A stretch of 64,000 nucleotides of DNA from Callorhinchus milii (GCF_018977255.1 NW_024704743.1:54314001-54378000), one strand, 5' to 3'; counted from the stretch's first letter, positions 50,163 to 64,000 are shown. A program made the numbers and translations. Notes: generated by a model not told the origin, from the letters alone.

Positions 50163-51074
50163 ATGTCAGATATTGCGGGAATAAATATATTAACTCTAGT
50201 GAGAGTTACTGAAAGTTGTAAAAGTTATCCCCCCTCTTCAATTGTTTGGTGGTGGAAAATAATGTTCTAATTTCAAAACTTGCTTGGAAATTGGTAAATT
50301 TTATACTTTTGATGTATTATTCCCTGATTCAGGTTTTAAACACCTCATTTGTTTCTACATTTATCACCTTCTTTCTGCATTTCAGTGATTTGGATCATGT
50401 CTCTTCTCAGTCTTATTTTCTTCACTAAACACAAGTCCAAGTGGAATCAGTCAGCTGGTAAAGGAAGCACAAGAATTGTCTCAGAAGGTACCATGGCAAC
50501 TCTGCTTGAGGATACCAAATACTTTTAGCTCTATCCCCAATAAGGAACACGTGTGGTCTTTGGCTCCAGTAAAGCTGTGTTCTTTTAAATTTATGAATGG
50601 AGAGAACAGTTATCGCATGGACTGTGACAGTAACATTTTTGAAAAATGTTAACTTTGGAACTGGCTGTAATAAATTGATTATTATCCGAGTTTGTAAATC
50701 ATGTGTAAATCTTTCACTGGTTGTTCACTCATAATTAAGGATCTTGTAATTCCATATGTTTACATATGGTTTGCATAACTTTGCATAATAGATCCGAAAG
50801 CAGAATATACCATTGGTTTGCACTTCACACCCTCACTAAGTACCTTACAAAAAATATTGGGATTCAATAGTATTACGTAATCAAGCTACTGCTAGATATG
50901 TCAAAGATTTATCATATCGATGACCCAGCTCTATAACACACCTCCCTGTACAGCTGGCAGGAAAATCTAACTAACACCTTGTGAAATTCATCCATGGTAA
51001 TTTGATTATTTGCTCTATCACATGCAGACAAGGGCTCTGCAGCAGCATCCTTAAACGTTTCACATTTTACTATT

Positions 51075-51497
51075 ACTACTACTAATAATAATAATCCTTG
51101 CATTTGGTATGGTGCCTTTCATATCAGGAGGACATCTCAAGGCGCTTCGCAGGATATATTGTAAGGTGGAGTGACTGTGTTTGTGGGTGAACAAAGCAGC
51201 CAATTTGGGCATAACCATGTCCCACAAACAGCCATGGAGTGAATAATCAATTTTACTTTGGGGGATTGTTGGCCAAGACATTGGGAGAAACTCCCTTCTC
51301 TTTTTGAATAATACCAGGTCATACCACCTGAATAAGCAGATGGGACCTCAACTTAACGTCTTATCTGAAGGACGGCACCTTAAAAAATGGAGCACACCCC
51401 CAGCATAGCATTGGAGCGTCAGCTTAAACTATATACATTTCAAGTCCACAACCTTCTGATTCAGAGGTGAGAGTGCTATCAACTGAGCCAGGCTGGC
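51075..51497 (-). mobile_element. Deu-domain SINE, near full length, with the older tRNA head
   Basis: Tail aataatccttgcatttg through head caaccttctgattcagaggtgagagtgctatcaactgagcca. Confidence 0.9.
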
Positions 51498-51675
51498 ACA
51501 CTTTTCCTTTTAAAAAGGAGAAAGTAGACATTCAAAATTGTACAAAAAAACTAACCAAAGAATGGTTGTGAACCTTGTTTTATATGACACTGTAATTTGT
51601 TCTGGTAAGTTTAGCAAAAAAAATCTTGGGTTTAAGCTAGAAACAATAAGTGTTTATTTTCCATTTCAGTTTCCT

Positions 51676-51695
51676 GGGGGGGGGGGGGGGGGGGG
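51676..51695 (+). repeat. G20 homopolymer
   Basis: Run of 20 G. Confidence 0.9.
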
Positions 51696-54600
51696 CGGAG
51701 AAAACTCATGTTAATTTAATCTGCTTTCCAAATGATAGCAGCAGTATAAAAATGGTTGCTCTCATCCTTGTAATCAGTTGCTCAGAGCACAAGGGCAGCG
51801 TTCCCCAGTGTCTCATCTGTGAACTAATCTTTCATTTCATAGTGGATCTTTCCATATCAAACAACACAAATGGCTCACTTTGCATGACAGGATTTGTAAC
51901 GGTGCAAATCTAGTGTCAAACTCGATTAAAGATTACACTAGAGAGCTATCATAATCAGCACTCTAATGAGCCTAAAGAGTACATATAAAGTCTCCCCTCT
52001 TTGTCATTCCAGTCATGTAAAAAGGGAATGTGTTTCTTTTCATCCACAATCCAGTTCTTTATTTTGCTCATTATGCCCTTTGCGGATCGCAAGTCATGTC
52101 AGACTGGTTTCAGAGGGGGAGAATGGGGAATAATAAAGCAAACATCACTTCACAAATGACACTGCTTGGTATAAGCCAACGTTTGAAGCCCTAATTCTTC
52201 TAATCTGCAAAATAGTGAATACTAATGGCTTTTTGCTTTTGTGACTGCTGATGCATATAAAGAAAAACTTTAATGAGCTGCCTGGGTTGTGCTTACAGAT
52301 ACCTGTCAAATGTCTGTCATTTTAGCTATCATTGGTGCATTTTAAGGTATGGAACAGACAAACAATGACAGTATTTGTGCAAGTATTCTTCATACTAAAT
52401 TGTGCAATTTTCCTCATGTCATAATTTTATCATATCCAACAAGCTAGGTGAATTATAAAGATAGAACAAAGACAGTTATTCATTCTAACATCTTGGGGGA
52501 AGAATTCAGCTGATTTTTGTTCATAATTGTGTCAAGAAACATCCGATTGCAATCATAAAAAGGCTTTAAAACTCAGTCTTAGTCAAACAAACCTTTGCCT
52601 CTAACTTGTTTCTAAAGCAATGTATAAATTTCCAAGAAAATTGTTACAAATCCTCTTCAGAACTGCCTCCTGTGTCTCTGAAAACTACCTCCCTGACCTA
52701 GTCAGTGTTCCTCTGATCTTCTGCACCCCAGAAGCTGTCACAAGTCTCCCTCCTTCCCAGGAGTTGAACACACAATAGAGAATAGGCCCTGACTGTGAGG
52801 TTCAGCAGCCATTAACCCCTACCAGCTGTTCCCGCGGGGAGGCTTCTGTGGTTGAATGTCCTTTCTCTGTGGAGGCCCTCATTTCCACTAATCTAACTAT
52901 TGTTTGTTAGGAATGCTGACAGAAGAAAAGATTTTTTTCTTGTGTCCATGCAAGCGTGTGTATCTGTGTGCAGGAGAGAAACTGAAAGCTAATTTTCTTT
53001 TGCTGGCCTCCTGGCAGAAAAAAATGGGGGTTGCCATAAATTAGTAAAGATACTCATTTGCCTGTTTACTTTAAACAGTCATGCATGCCCCCAAAAAGCA
53101 TTCCAGTCCTGACATATATGCAGTGATTTTAGTGGAAACTCATTGGAAACGTCTACTTAGTAAACCCATTTTTATTTCACAAAATTAATATTGATACAGT
53201 TTGGGTATGTTTTGGTATATCTGTACTGCATTTATAAAGCAGCAATGGTCCAATTGGTTACATTCAAATTGTTTGAGTGATGTTAAGAGAATTTTTAATA
53301 TTTAAGAAAAATCTCAATGCTGCCGTTTATGAGCTGTGGAAGCAGACAAATCCCTCTTGTTGCCCCACAGATGCTACAGGAGCAAAAAATGTGGAAAAGC
53401 TGGTAAAAATAAAGTCTAAATGGTATGAAAGCAAGTCTGTGTAGTTCTATTTGGTGCCCCTCACAAAAATCAATCTGGAAATAAAGGTAAATGCTAGACA
53501 ACGTGGTATTTGTTTGGAAACAACATTTCATTTGGTTGCATTAATAATTGTGGTTCGAAGTGTAGAAGGGTGTTGCAGTGATTATTTTTAAATGGGCTGG
53601 AAATAGAAGCACCCAGACTATTAAAATGTGTGCAGTCTGTTTCATTAACAAAGTTAAAACACCAAAAGCTCACATCCCTTTTAGACATCAACTTAAGTTA
53701 TTTTTTAATTTTATCACTACATCTTGATTATGGATGGCCAACAGTTGGTCCATTTTAATTCAAATTAAAAATAATCCATGTAAAGATCGTATTTTCCAGA
53801 CAATTAGACTATATGGGTGAGGTAAAGCACTTTCAGATAATAAACCTCAACACTGCATCTGTTCCGATGTCCCGTCTATTGTAATTCTCCTTGTGCAGTG
53901 CCAGAAGAAATCAAAATATCTGTGCGAGTGCAAAACTTGGACATGCATCTCTAGGAAGATGAAAAGCACATTTGAAGCATCTTTTAGTCTAAGATAGTTG
54001 AAAAAAATCATAAACAACAGCTGAAGCATGTGGCACACACAGCACTCGTACTGTTGTGACAGCAAGCACTATCAGCATCAGTCAATTATCTTCACAAACG
54101 CCTCTTGTGCTAATGAGCACTCACAAAAATCACCAGACTTTTCTGGCAAGGAGAAAAGATCAGTTTCATTGCTTGCAGAACTAATTCAGCACACAAAAGT
54201 GAAGGCTCCACCGTCGCTGCCTCTTTTACTGCCCCTTTTGTGCTGTCTTTTGATGTGCGCTGAAGAGCTCGGCCTATGTTTAGGGCTCTTCATCTCCAGT
54301 TCATTGCCTGCCATTAACATACATATCCATATGAAAAGTTTGGTAAGTCACTAACAGCTGTCCAGAATGGAGTTTCAGTAATAAGGAGAAAAANGGACCA
54401 ATTCCTTCTTAAAATGGTGACAGAACCTTTTAGCCCTTTTTGGCAATGATATACCTAACCATTTAAAATGTCTTTCACTCCGAAAGTAACAGGCATAATG
54501 CAACATTCACAGTCACAGCAGACTCCATCGTCGTGAAGCAGTCATTATCCAAATTCAAAAAGTTAGTGAGATCCCATGTCCATTTGAACTTTCTCCACCT

Positions 54601-57600
54601 CTATCACAGGATAACTGTGAATTGCATTTTCTCTGCTATTTTAAAGAAACTGGAACCTTTTAGTCAAGTGCACCCCACTGAAAAGGTAACTACATGATTT
54701 CCAGGTTTTTCATAGACTGACAGAATGAAAGTAAATTGACAGGCAGGACAGGCAGCCAGGCATGAAGCCCACTGCAGTAGTCATTCAGGAGACAGGAAGA
54801 TTTACTTCAGGCTAGTGATGGGTTGTCTGAAATTGCTGCCGGTGAATAGTTCCAAACTGCAGTCAAGTACCCAGAATAGAAATACAACATATCCAGCAAG
54901 AAAAAAACATGTGGGTGGGTGGGGGGAGCACTGTTTTCCAGATGACTGCCAACAATTCTTCTGGACACTGCTGGATGACTTTATCACTGACTGCTATATT
55001 AAATGAACAGTACCTATACAAGTTTTGTGATGCTATGGAAAATGCAAGGCTTCTGCGACTTTACGCACTTTGCGGATTCAAAGAGCTACTTCTGCACTGG
55101 GTAGCCACAGCATGGCGGGACAATGGAGAAAAATAGATTGGCCTTTATTTACAAAAAGGGGGATATGTACAATTTCTTTCCATTGGAGACACGAGAGGTG
55201 AGCTTCAGCTCGTTTCTGAATGCATCCTACTGATTTATAAACCATCTCCCCATCCCATCCAACCCACCCACCCCCAGAGTTCATGACCCTTGGGTTATAA
55301 TTCATGATACGTGGCGCCCAGGGTTTTCTAATACTTTGCTCTGAACTTGGATGGGTGAATTTGTGTCCAATTATGAGGGTTCTGATGTGCTTTTATAAGG
55401 GCTATTACCAAAACCAAAACGCACAGCAGGCGACAACATTCTAACGCCAGCAACTTTTTTCTCCCGACAATTTATCCTCCTGCCATATATCAGCTTCTTA
55501 TGTTGCATTTAAATAAGAGTTTAATCCCACTTGTTGCTTCCTTTTTTTCACCTTCTATACCCTTTCCCACAAGTACCTCTCCCACATCAATCACCCCACG
55601 AGTCGCTGCCTATCATTATTCCAAAATTAAATCTTATTTATTATACATCCTGTTTGGTGTCTGTTTCAGAATTCCGGCATTCATTAAAAAAGCCCAGAAT
55701 GACTTCTTAAACACATTTCTGTCTTTGCTGCAATTATACAGACTGCAGCTGTGATTAGTCCACCACAGGGGGGAGGGGAATAGTAAAAGACACCCTTGAA
55801 TCAAAATGGAGGGACCTGACTGTGTATTCTTGTTTCACAATGCTGAAGTTTATTGCTGAAACCTGCTTACTCACTTGCTTTCCAAACCATGGGAACTGCA
55901 GTCAGGTGGAAAGTTATTCTCTTCTCTGCTTGTCATAGCCCCAAGTGTCATAAGAACAGCTAAACCCAGTGAAACTCTTCTCAGTAACTGAGACATTTAG
56001 GATAATCTTTATGAGAGTTTTTGCATGAGCCTTCTGTTTGTCTGCTGTTGTTAGAAGTGCGGTTAATGATGAGCTTCCACTGGTTGTCTTTCCTCCTAGG
56101 CCAAAAGCGTCTGTTTAAGTTAAGTACCTCCTCCCTCAAGCCCTTGGGAAACCACTCAAGAGGGATTTGCTTGGCTCAATGTGCATGACACATAATGAAA
56201 ACAATTTTACGCTGCAGAGGGAAGTATCAGGCAATTACTGACGTGACAGCCACCTGCAGAAGCGAGCCCTTGGCTGGAGCATTGGGCCGTTCATGAATAT
56301 TTTATGGTGTGATGTTATTCTGAATGGCTGGGGCAGGTGAAGGGGGCCGGGGGTGTAAGTACACAGCTGGAGGCTGTGTAGCAGCCCTGTTTCTCTGCAG
56401 CAGTCCATAGTGTAACACCAAGAAGATTTTTGACCCTGGATAAGGCTTTGCAAGAGCAGCATCAGTAAAGGAAAGATGATGTGACAAGTCATGGTGCGCA
56501 CTCCTCAGAGAACTCTTGTTGGCCAATTTTACACATCATGTCTAACTTGAAAAGCCACTGTATCAACTCTTTCAGAGGTTTGTGATATAATTTGCTAACT
56601 TGAGGTCTGAATTGCCATTAGAAAGGCAGTTCAATTAGGCCTGACCTCTGACCTGGTTCAACTGTTATGCAGGCAGTGGTCTCTGCACTCTGCATTAAAA
56701 ATGTTATCATCTGTTATCCAGGCTTATGTTTGTAGAACAGTTTGTAGATGAATAACCGGGTTGTAAGTTGTCATTAGAAGTTGCAAGGAATGGGTATCAG
56801 CATCATTTAGGCTTATGGGTTTGAACTTTAATGTGCTCAGCCCCTGCTGCTGCTGCTGGGATGCATCTTACACTAAAAGGGCGTACATGCCCCACCCTAA
56901 TGTTAGCAGGAGGAGGTGCTGCGAGATTGAGTCCGATTGTAGTGCACGAGACAAGTGATAATAAAGATTAAAGACCAAAAAGGAAGTTTTCCATGAGATT
57001 ATGATTGCTGCCGAGGAATGTCTGCAGCATTATCCAGTTGTTAGCAAATGAAAAAAAGATGCAAAATATATAGTTACTAGATGTGTAATAATAAGCAGCT
57101 TTGCCTTTATTACAAGGAATGTTACGATGTCCTGACAATGCTCTGAGGTATGTTTGCTGCGGCTGAGTTCATGCCAAAAGAGAATGACAACAAAAAGCAT
57201 TAAAGACAGGTGCAAACCCCACCAATTTCAAGGTATTTAAAGAGACAGAAAGAATGGGATTTTATAAAAGCACATCTAAAGAATCAGACAGGGCAGGCTT
57301 GCAGGATGCTGGAAAAAATTCCCTCCTCAGACAGTTTGATCTGCGAAACTAGTGCATAGCTTAATATAGATTCCTCCAGCATTTGTCTCACAGTGACCAT
57401 TATTCGGGTTTCTAATTTCTATCATGCGCTAAAACCTGGAGTTATCAGATGGCCAATAGGTCCTTGGAATCTGCACATTAGATAAAAGAATTACATATTG
57501 CAAGTGCCCTGCATACATAACTGCATGACACTCTGCAACAGAGCAGCACAAATTAAACAACCCAAAAGCTTCAAACTGGTGAAATAACAGATCTTAATTT

Positions 57601-57939
57601 TTTTGTGATGTTTCATTTTTACATCTGGAGGATAAATTGGAGGGCTTTGAATAACTACCCATGACAGACTTTTTTTATTTTCAATGAGCAAGATTAATAT
57701 ATAAAACAAAAGTAAATTATGGTCAGAAACAGTAAATGGAAAGAAGAAAACAGAAACAAAGACCATTGCCCATGTGATGTTATGTTTATAGCAATCATAC
57801 ATTTCATTAAAAGATCTGGGAAACTGGAGTAAACTGTCAGTGACATCATTTGGGTGGAGTTACTATATTTTTATCATCATAGATCTGGGACTACAAGACC
57901 TTAACACAAATACAGTATTCTAAACAGCAATAGTATTAA

Positions 57940-58372
57940 CCTGGCTGAGTTGGGAGCACTCTCACCTCTGAGTCAGAAGGTTGTGGGTTCAAGCACCACA
58001 TCGAGACTTCAAACTTTCAGTCTAGGTTGACATTCCAATGCAGTGCTGGACATGTGTGGCATTATTGGAGGTGCTGTCCTTCAGATGAGATATTAAACCG
58101 AGATCCTGTCTACCTGTTCAGGTGGACATTAAAGATCCCATGGAACTATTTGAAAAGAGAAGGGAATGTCTCCTAGTGTTCTGATCAACAATCCTCCAAA
58201 TAAAATTGATCATTCTCTTCATGGTTAATTATGCAACATTGTTGTGTCCAAATTAGCTGCTGTATTTGCCTACAAAATACACAATCATTATACTCACAAT
58301 AAATCCTGTGAAACACTTTGAGACATTACAATGACAAGATAAGGCAGTACACCAAATATAAGGATTATTGTT
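57940..58372 (+). mobile_element. Full-length older Deu-domain SINE (SacSINE1-like)
   Basis: Head tggctgagttgggagcactctcacctctgagtcagaaggttgtgggttcaagc, long Deu body and L2-like tail. Confidence 0.9.
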
Positions 58373-58380
58373 ATAGTGCA

Positions 58381-59590
58381 AAGCTCCCCTGGTGATTCAG
58401 TCAGTAAAACCTAGAATGAAACTAAGCCACACAGACCCGGGGGCTTCAGGTTCTGTTCCGGTTCTGTGCAAGGTTAGTTGATCTCAGCTTGGACAGTAAT
58501 ACTGATCTTTTAGTTAAATTCTACACTTTTGGATGAGAGAGAGAAAAATTAATTGTAGTTTGTGGCCCCCCACCTCTAAAATCAATATTCAATGACACCA
58601 CCTTCTGCTTGAAAGTGTGCATCTGTCAGCTGTTGAATTGGTGGCCCTCTGACCTCTGGGTCAAAAGGTGGTGGGTTCAAGCCCTGTGTTGGGTCTTTTC
58701 AGCTCCTAGTCTTGGCTGATACACCAATTCAGTGCTGGGAGCACTGTACTGTCAGAGGTGCTGTCTTTTGAATGATACAATAAACCAAGGTCCTATTTGC
58801 CTGTTCAAATAGATGTTAATAATATTCCTTACAATTGATACAGTGCTTTTCACATTGTAGGACATCTCAAAGTGCCTCACAGGATATACTGTAAAGTGGT
58901 ATGACTGTGCATTTTGTTTGTGGCTGAAAAGGGCAGCCAATTTTCACACAGAAATGTGCCACAAACAACCATGGTTTCGCCCACAAAATATACAGTCAAT
59001 TCACTTTACAGTATATTCTGTGAAGCGCTTTGAGACATCTCAAAGTTGTGATAAGGCACTATATCAAATACAAGGATTGTTATTATTATGGAGTGAGTGA
59101 CCAATTTTATCTAGGGAATTGTTAGCCAGGACATTGGAGAAACTCCCTTCTGTTTTCAAATAGTGCCATGGGATCCTTAATGCCCACCTGGACAGGCAGA
59201 TGAGACCTTAGTTGATCATCCTATGGCATTGTTTCAAAAGAGAAGGGAGCTTCTCCCGATGTCATGGTCAGCCATCCTCCAAATAAAACTGGTCAGTCCT
59301 CTTGTGGAAGTTTATGGAACATTGCTGTACAAATTCATAGCAATTTTCAGTGAAGCCCTTTGAGAAGTTTTAATGTAAAAGGTGCTATATAAAATGCAAG
59401 GATTATTATGATGAGTAAATGTTCTGTGAGGGTTGGATTGAGCTTGGCTATGGTGCCCCCCATGGTCAAGTACTCTATTGACACTCATTGTTTGGGCTCA
59501 GACATGAAAAATGGTCTCTAGGAACCAAGGGGCACCTGCTGCTTATGGAAATGTACTCAAGGAACAGTCAGCAGTTTGGGAGAAGAGGGG
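58381..59590. mobile_element. Four-level nested SINE cluster
   Basis: LF-like repeat (58381-58633, 59420-59590) contains a plus Deu SINE (58634-58820, 59213-59410), which contains a minus Deu SINE (58820-58974, 59088-59212), which contains a plus 3' fragment (58975-59087). Confidence 0.75.
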
Positions 59591-60494
59591 AGCTTATTGG
59601 TGTGGGGCAAAAACATCACGCTGTAAAATGAAACATGACTGCTGTGTACATTTTAAAAGTGCTGATAATTTGTTCAGATACATGAAATCATTCATTTTAT
59701 TCAGGACAAGAAGATAGAAGTTTGGATTTATAATTTTAAACAAAGAAATTAGGACTGAGAATCAATGAAAATATAGATTATGTTAAATGCAGAACGGTGG
59801 GAAACTAAGTTAGCTTGAAGCAAAAATTCCACAGAAAGTAATTATGATGTGGAATGGAATTACTGTATTGGTAACATATGCAACCAAAAAATAGCACCTA
59901 CGTGTATGCTAAATAGTCCTTCAAAGCTATAAATAAAAGATTTTAGAGATTTTCAGTGGTGTCATTTGTCAATTTCAATGTCAGTTCTATAAATTCAAAC
60001 TCAGCTAGGCAGCAATCTCTGGGTGAACTAGTTGATTTACATAATCTATATATTTTTTACCAGGTTATCACCAAAGAGAGTAGTAAAAACAGCTATCATA
60101 ACTTTGAGACCAAAACTAATCAGAAAGTAGGACTTTCACTACTGAAATGTATGCAGACAATACAACTATTTAATTATCTATAGTTTTCAAGGACAGAGAC
60201 GGTGTAACTTTAAAATTAATAAATGTGTGAGATGCATAAATGAATGAATATATCTCTTTGATATTTGCCACATGCATCAATATGGTGTGAAATTTATTAA
60301 AAGCTGCCAGTTTGGGAACACACTTGTCTGTGAATTCAAGCCCTGCATCAAAATTTGAGCTCACAATCAAGGCTGATACATAGTGAAATACACAGAGAGC
60401 TTTTTGAGACATCCTCCTGATGTGAAGGGCATTGTATCAGATGTATGGATTATTATTATTTACAAATATTAAATAAATATTTTTAAAATGTTGG

Positions 60495-60830
60495 AACTAT
60501 AGAATTTACAGCCCAGAAGAAGGCCATTTGGCCCATTGTGTCTGTGCTGGCTCTTTGAAAGAAAATTAATTTGTTCTCATTTTTCTACCTTTTCTCCATA
60601 ACTCTGCAGATTATTCCATTTTAGATATCCATCTTTTTCCCTCTTAAATTCTTGCCTACCTCGAACAGCAGGGCATTCTGCATTCTAACAACTCTTTGTC
60701 TTAAAACAATCCTCCTGAACTCTCCTTTGCTCTCTTGCAAACTATCTTAAATTGATGCCCTCTCGTCACTGACACACCAGTGGAAATAATTAGCTCTATT
60801 GACTTTATCAAAAACCCTCATAATTTTAAA
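60495..60830 (-). mobile_element. CR1 3' end
   Basis: ctatagaatttacagcccagaagaaggccatttggcccattgtgtctgtgctggctctttg and gcagggcattctgcattctaacaactct. Confidence 0.8.
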
Positions 60831-61840
60831 GATTTGTTTTGCTCAGCCGGGTTATCACCATTAACAGCATCCAAACGAGGTGAACGCTCCGTATATGTAC
60901 ATCACCTATACAATAAGATTCCCCTGTGGCTAGAATGGAAAGAACATTCTCTCCCTGGAGGAGAACACCTTGCTTTACTGAATTCTGGAGAGTACTAGGC
61001 ACAGGGCGGCAAAGAGCCAAGGCTTGTGGATCCCACCCTGCACATTGGAATACTGTTTGAGTTCAATCAGTTAGAAACATTTTAGCTGATACATTTACCA
61101 CAATTTGTAAAAGTATCTGTTTTTATAGATAGCTCGTGTGAAACTGGTGAATTTTGCCCAAGGACAAAATGTCAGTCAAGGTGTGGTCCAGTCTTTGATC
61201 TCCACTCAGTAGGTCAGTTGTATTGCTACTGCTTATTCAGGTAACTGAAATTAGTCTCATTTGTAAAAATGTAGAAACATTGCCCTTGGAGGATTTAGGA
61301 ACAAATCAGTGCCTTGAAGAGATAACTGGGCTCAGAGAGTCAAGAGAGAACAGTGATCACATATGAAAAAGTGATCAAATTCTCAATTCAGTTTCACAAA
61401 ACATGTTACAGTGGGCAGACATCTGCACAAATAGGGAACTATTATATTTGGGTTAAAAAACACACTGTACTTTACCAGAAATCTTTAGAAATGCCCTCTG
61501 TTAAAGGTGAAGTTTATTTTTATCAAGATTCAATGCATAGATAGCAGTTTGTTACTACTGTATTGTGATTCGTTTACCCAGCTCTTTCTGTGTCTGCGAT
61601 GTGCAGTTTCGGAGATTCCATCTGAGCCCAGCTGCTGGATTCACATTAAGGAGGAGGTTTCACCAGCACATCGACTCACACCTATTGCATGTAGCATATA
61701 TAAAATACAATTGACATTTATATTGTGCCTTTCGCACCGGGAGAATGTCACAAAACACAAGCTACAAACAGTGAAAAGAAATAATAATAAGAAGAATTCT
61801 TACTTTTGATATAGCCTTCTTACAGTCAGGTAGATGATGG

Positions 61841-62155
61841 GGAGTCCTTTCGCTCAGTGGTTAGAGCACTTGCCTTGCAAGCGAGACACCTGGGTTCAAC
61901 TCCAGGCAGGGCGAAACCTTGGGCAAGTTTCCTTACTCCACACACCTAATAATAATTCCTCCAAAACAAAACAATAATAAATTGGTCATTTTCAATCCAC
62001 GACTGTTTGTGGGACGCTGCTGTGTGCAATTGTCTGCTGCGTTTCGCCCACAAATATACAATCAATTCACTTTACAGCATATTCTGTGAAGCGCTTTGAG
62101 ATGTCGAGAAGACGTGAAAAGCGCTATATCAAATGCAAGGATTATATTATTATTA
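61841..62155 (+). mobile_element. Young short-subfamily SINE nested in an older minus-strand SINE (about 61780-61836 and 62156-62310)
   Basis: Full head to tail; flanks rejoin as ggtagatg|tctcaaagc. Confidence 0.92.
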
Positions 62156-63079
62156 TGTCTCAAAGCCCTTCACATTAAATTTGTGGATTTACTGTAAATT
62201 GATGAACGCGGCATTCAATTTGTGCACAGCAATGTCTCTCAAACAGCCGTGAAGTGAATGCCCAATTTTAATTGGGAGAATTGTTGGCCAGATTGTTGGC
62301 CCCCTTTCAAGAATAGTGCATTGAAGTTTCTTGGAGGTCCATTGGAGCTGGCCCCTTCCACAGAAATGTACTCAGGAAGGTAAAGAGTGTCAGCACAGAA
62401 TTGGGAAATGAAACACATTGCTGCATTTGCTACCCTGTGATTCTCCCATTGCTAGTGCATGTTTGACCTGGTGGTCTTAGCGTCTAATGATCATTGTTTT
62501 ACTTATTCTCAGCACAGGTCAGTGGGAAAGACACAATTCTGTACATCAGGACCCCAGTAATGAACTAGCACAAGATTAAAGGGCACCCTTCAGCAAAGCA
62601 TTGACAGAAGGGCTGCGAAGGAACACATATAACAATGATTACTGTGCAATGGGCAAGAATGAATAACACAAATTAACTGGAAAATGTTAAATTTATATAC
62701 ACGATCAAATACATATCATTACATTGTAGAGTGCCAAGTGTTTTCACAGCAGCTTAAGGGAATCATTATCAATGAACAAATTTAAAGAGAGGAGAAAAAC
62801 ATGAGTGGGAAAACAGAAACGTTCCAATTTGAGCTAAGCAGAATTGAATTTTAAGATTGAATTTGAATTACCAATGAAGCTGGGTGTAACACAGCAGAAG
62901 TTTAATGGTCGAATTAAGCATGCAGGATAAACAATGATAAGCCCACAAAAATAGAGGAAGAGAAGGGATTTATTGCTGACAGATCTGAGGGGGTTTTTGG
63001 GCCACAAAACAAAAGCAGGAGCTGCACATAGAATATTTGGTACATTTGACACAGAATGGATTTGTTCCCAAAAAAATCA

Positions 63080-63365
63080 ATAATAATAATAATAATGATC
63101 CTTACATTTGGTTTTAACACCTTTTATAACAAGAAGACACCCCAAAGTGCTTTACAGGATATAGTGTAAAGTTGTGTGACTTGTATGTTGTGAGCAAATA
63201 CAACAGCCAATTTGGACACAGCAATGTCCCACAAGCAGTCATGAAGCAATGAGTGACCAATTGTATTTGGGGAATTGTTGGCCAGGCCACTGGGAGACAC
63301 TCCCTTCTCTTTTCGAAAGTGCCATGAGATCTTTAACATCCACCTGATCAGATAGATGGGGCCTC
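63080..63365 (-). mobile_element. Deu-domain SINE fragment
   Basis: cagccaatttggacacagcaatgtcccacaagc...gtgccatgagatctttaacatccacctga. Confidence 0.88.
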
Positions 63366-63504
63366 ACAGATAGGAGGGAACATCCCAGTCCCAGTTTCAA
63401 TGGATGATCTTGCAGAAATATTTCTGAACTGATTCTACTTTCCTGGCGTGGTAAGGCTGATGAGTACATTTTGGAGAAGCAACTGTATGTTTCAGGATGG
63501 GACG

Positions 63505-64000
63505 TACAACAAGAACAAGAACAATAACAGCTTGCATTTATATAACGCCCTTCATGCAGTATAGCATCTTTTTGCGCTTAAAGTTGAGGAGTCTGACACT
63601 GAGCTGGGGGAGGGAGGAGGTGACTCTAAGCACAGTCCAAGAGGAAGGTCTTCAGGCGTAATCTAAAAAAGGCGAAGGAGGGGGCAAAGCAAAAGGATTG
63701 AGGCCGAGAGTTGCATAGTTTCAGGGCGTAGTGCCTGAAAGCATGGCTGCTGATAGTGAAGTGGATGAAAGGGGAATGTACAGGTGGGGAATGATCGAAT
63801 GGGGAGTAAGCAGAGGTCAGTGAGGTACCAGGGCATAAAGGGATTTGTAGACAAGTGTGAGGATCCTGAAATCAATCCATTCTGTGACAGGGAGTCAGTG
63901 AAGCCTGACTAGAATTGGTGTGATGTGGGACGACTTTTATGCTGTTTAGGATATGACTGGTGAAGTTTTGAATTAAATGGATTTCATGAATAGTCGTGCT
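63505..64000 (-). mobile_element. L2 3' end running off the window
   Basis: acaacaagaacaag tail, ttgcatttatataacgccc, and gtgtgaggatcctgaaatcaatccattctgtgacagggagtcagtg (rc of the H-LPV..-IDFRILTL region). Confidence 0.8.

Noticed and set aside
55757..55780. CTCF-like site ccaccacagggggga
   Set aside because: Spacing and 3' bases deviate from the CTCF core; unsupported without a PWM scan.
1..64000. Known miRNA, snoRNA or rRNA genes and intact transposase or RT genes
   Set aside because: None recognised by eye; an Rfam/miRBase scan would be needed to exclude them.

Overview
AT-rich, CpG-depleted vertebrate DNA. The repeat content points to a cartilaginous fish, plausibly a chimaera, though this is inference: tRNA-headed Deu-type SINEs with (TAT)n tails, L2 and CR1 LINE fragments, and Penelope-like elements. 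There is no intact long ORF, and almost all ORF-track entries are repeat-derived or random. The window looks like the interior of a large minus-strand gene I cannot name. It has two small, frame-compatible phase-1 candidate exons (126 nt at 28013-27888, 42 nt at 9239-9198) and a possible recursive AG|GT splice site at 34675. The most notable structures are: Penelope-like elements with an inverted terminal repeat and minimal hammerhead-ribozyme motifs; three related SINE types that swap 5' heads over a shared Deu/L2 3' end; a TA-flanked Tc1/mariner-type MITE inside a SINE tail plus a matching TACAGTA footprint at the same SINE position in another copy; several palindromic MITE-like families; multi-level nested insertions; a 27-bp hairpin minisatellite; and a roughly 6-kb SINE/LINE-free block rich in TGACAG/TAATGAGC motifs. 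I found no convincing wholly new biological system. All family names come from reading by eye, and boundaries of old repeats are approximate.
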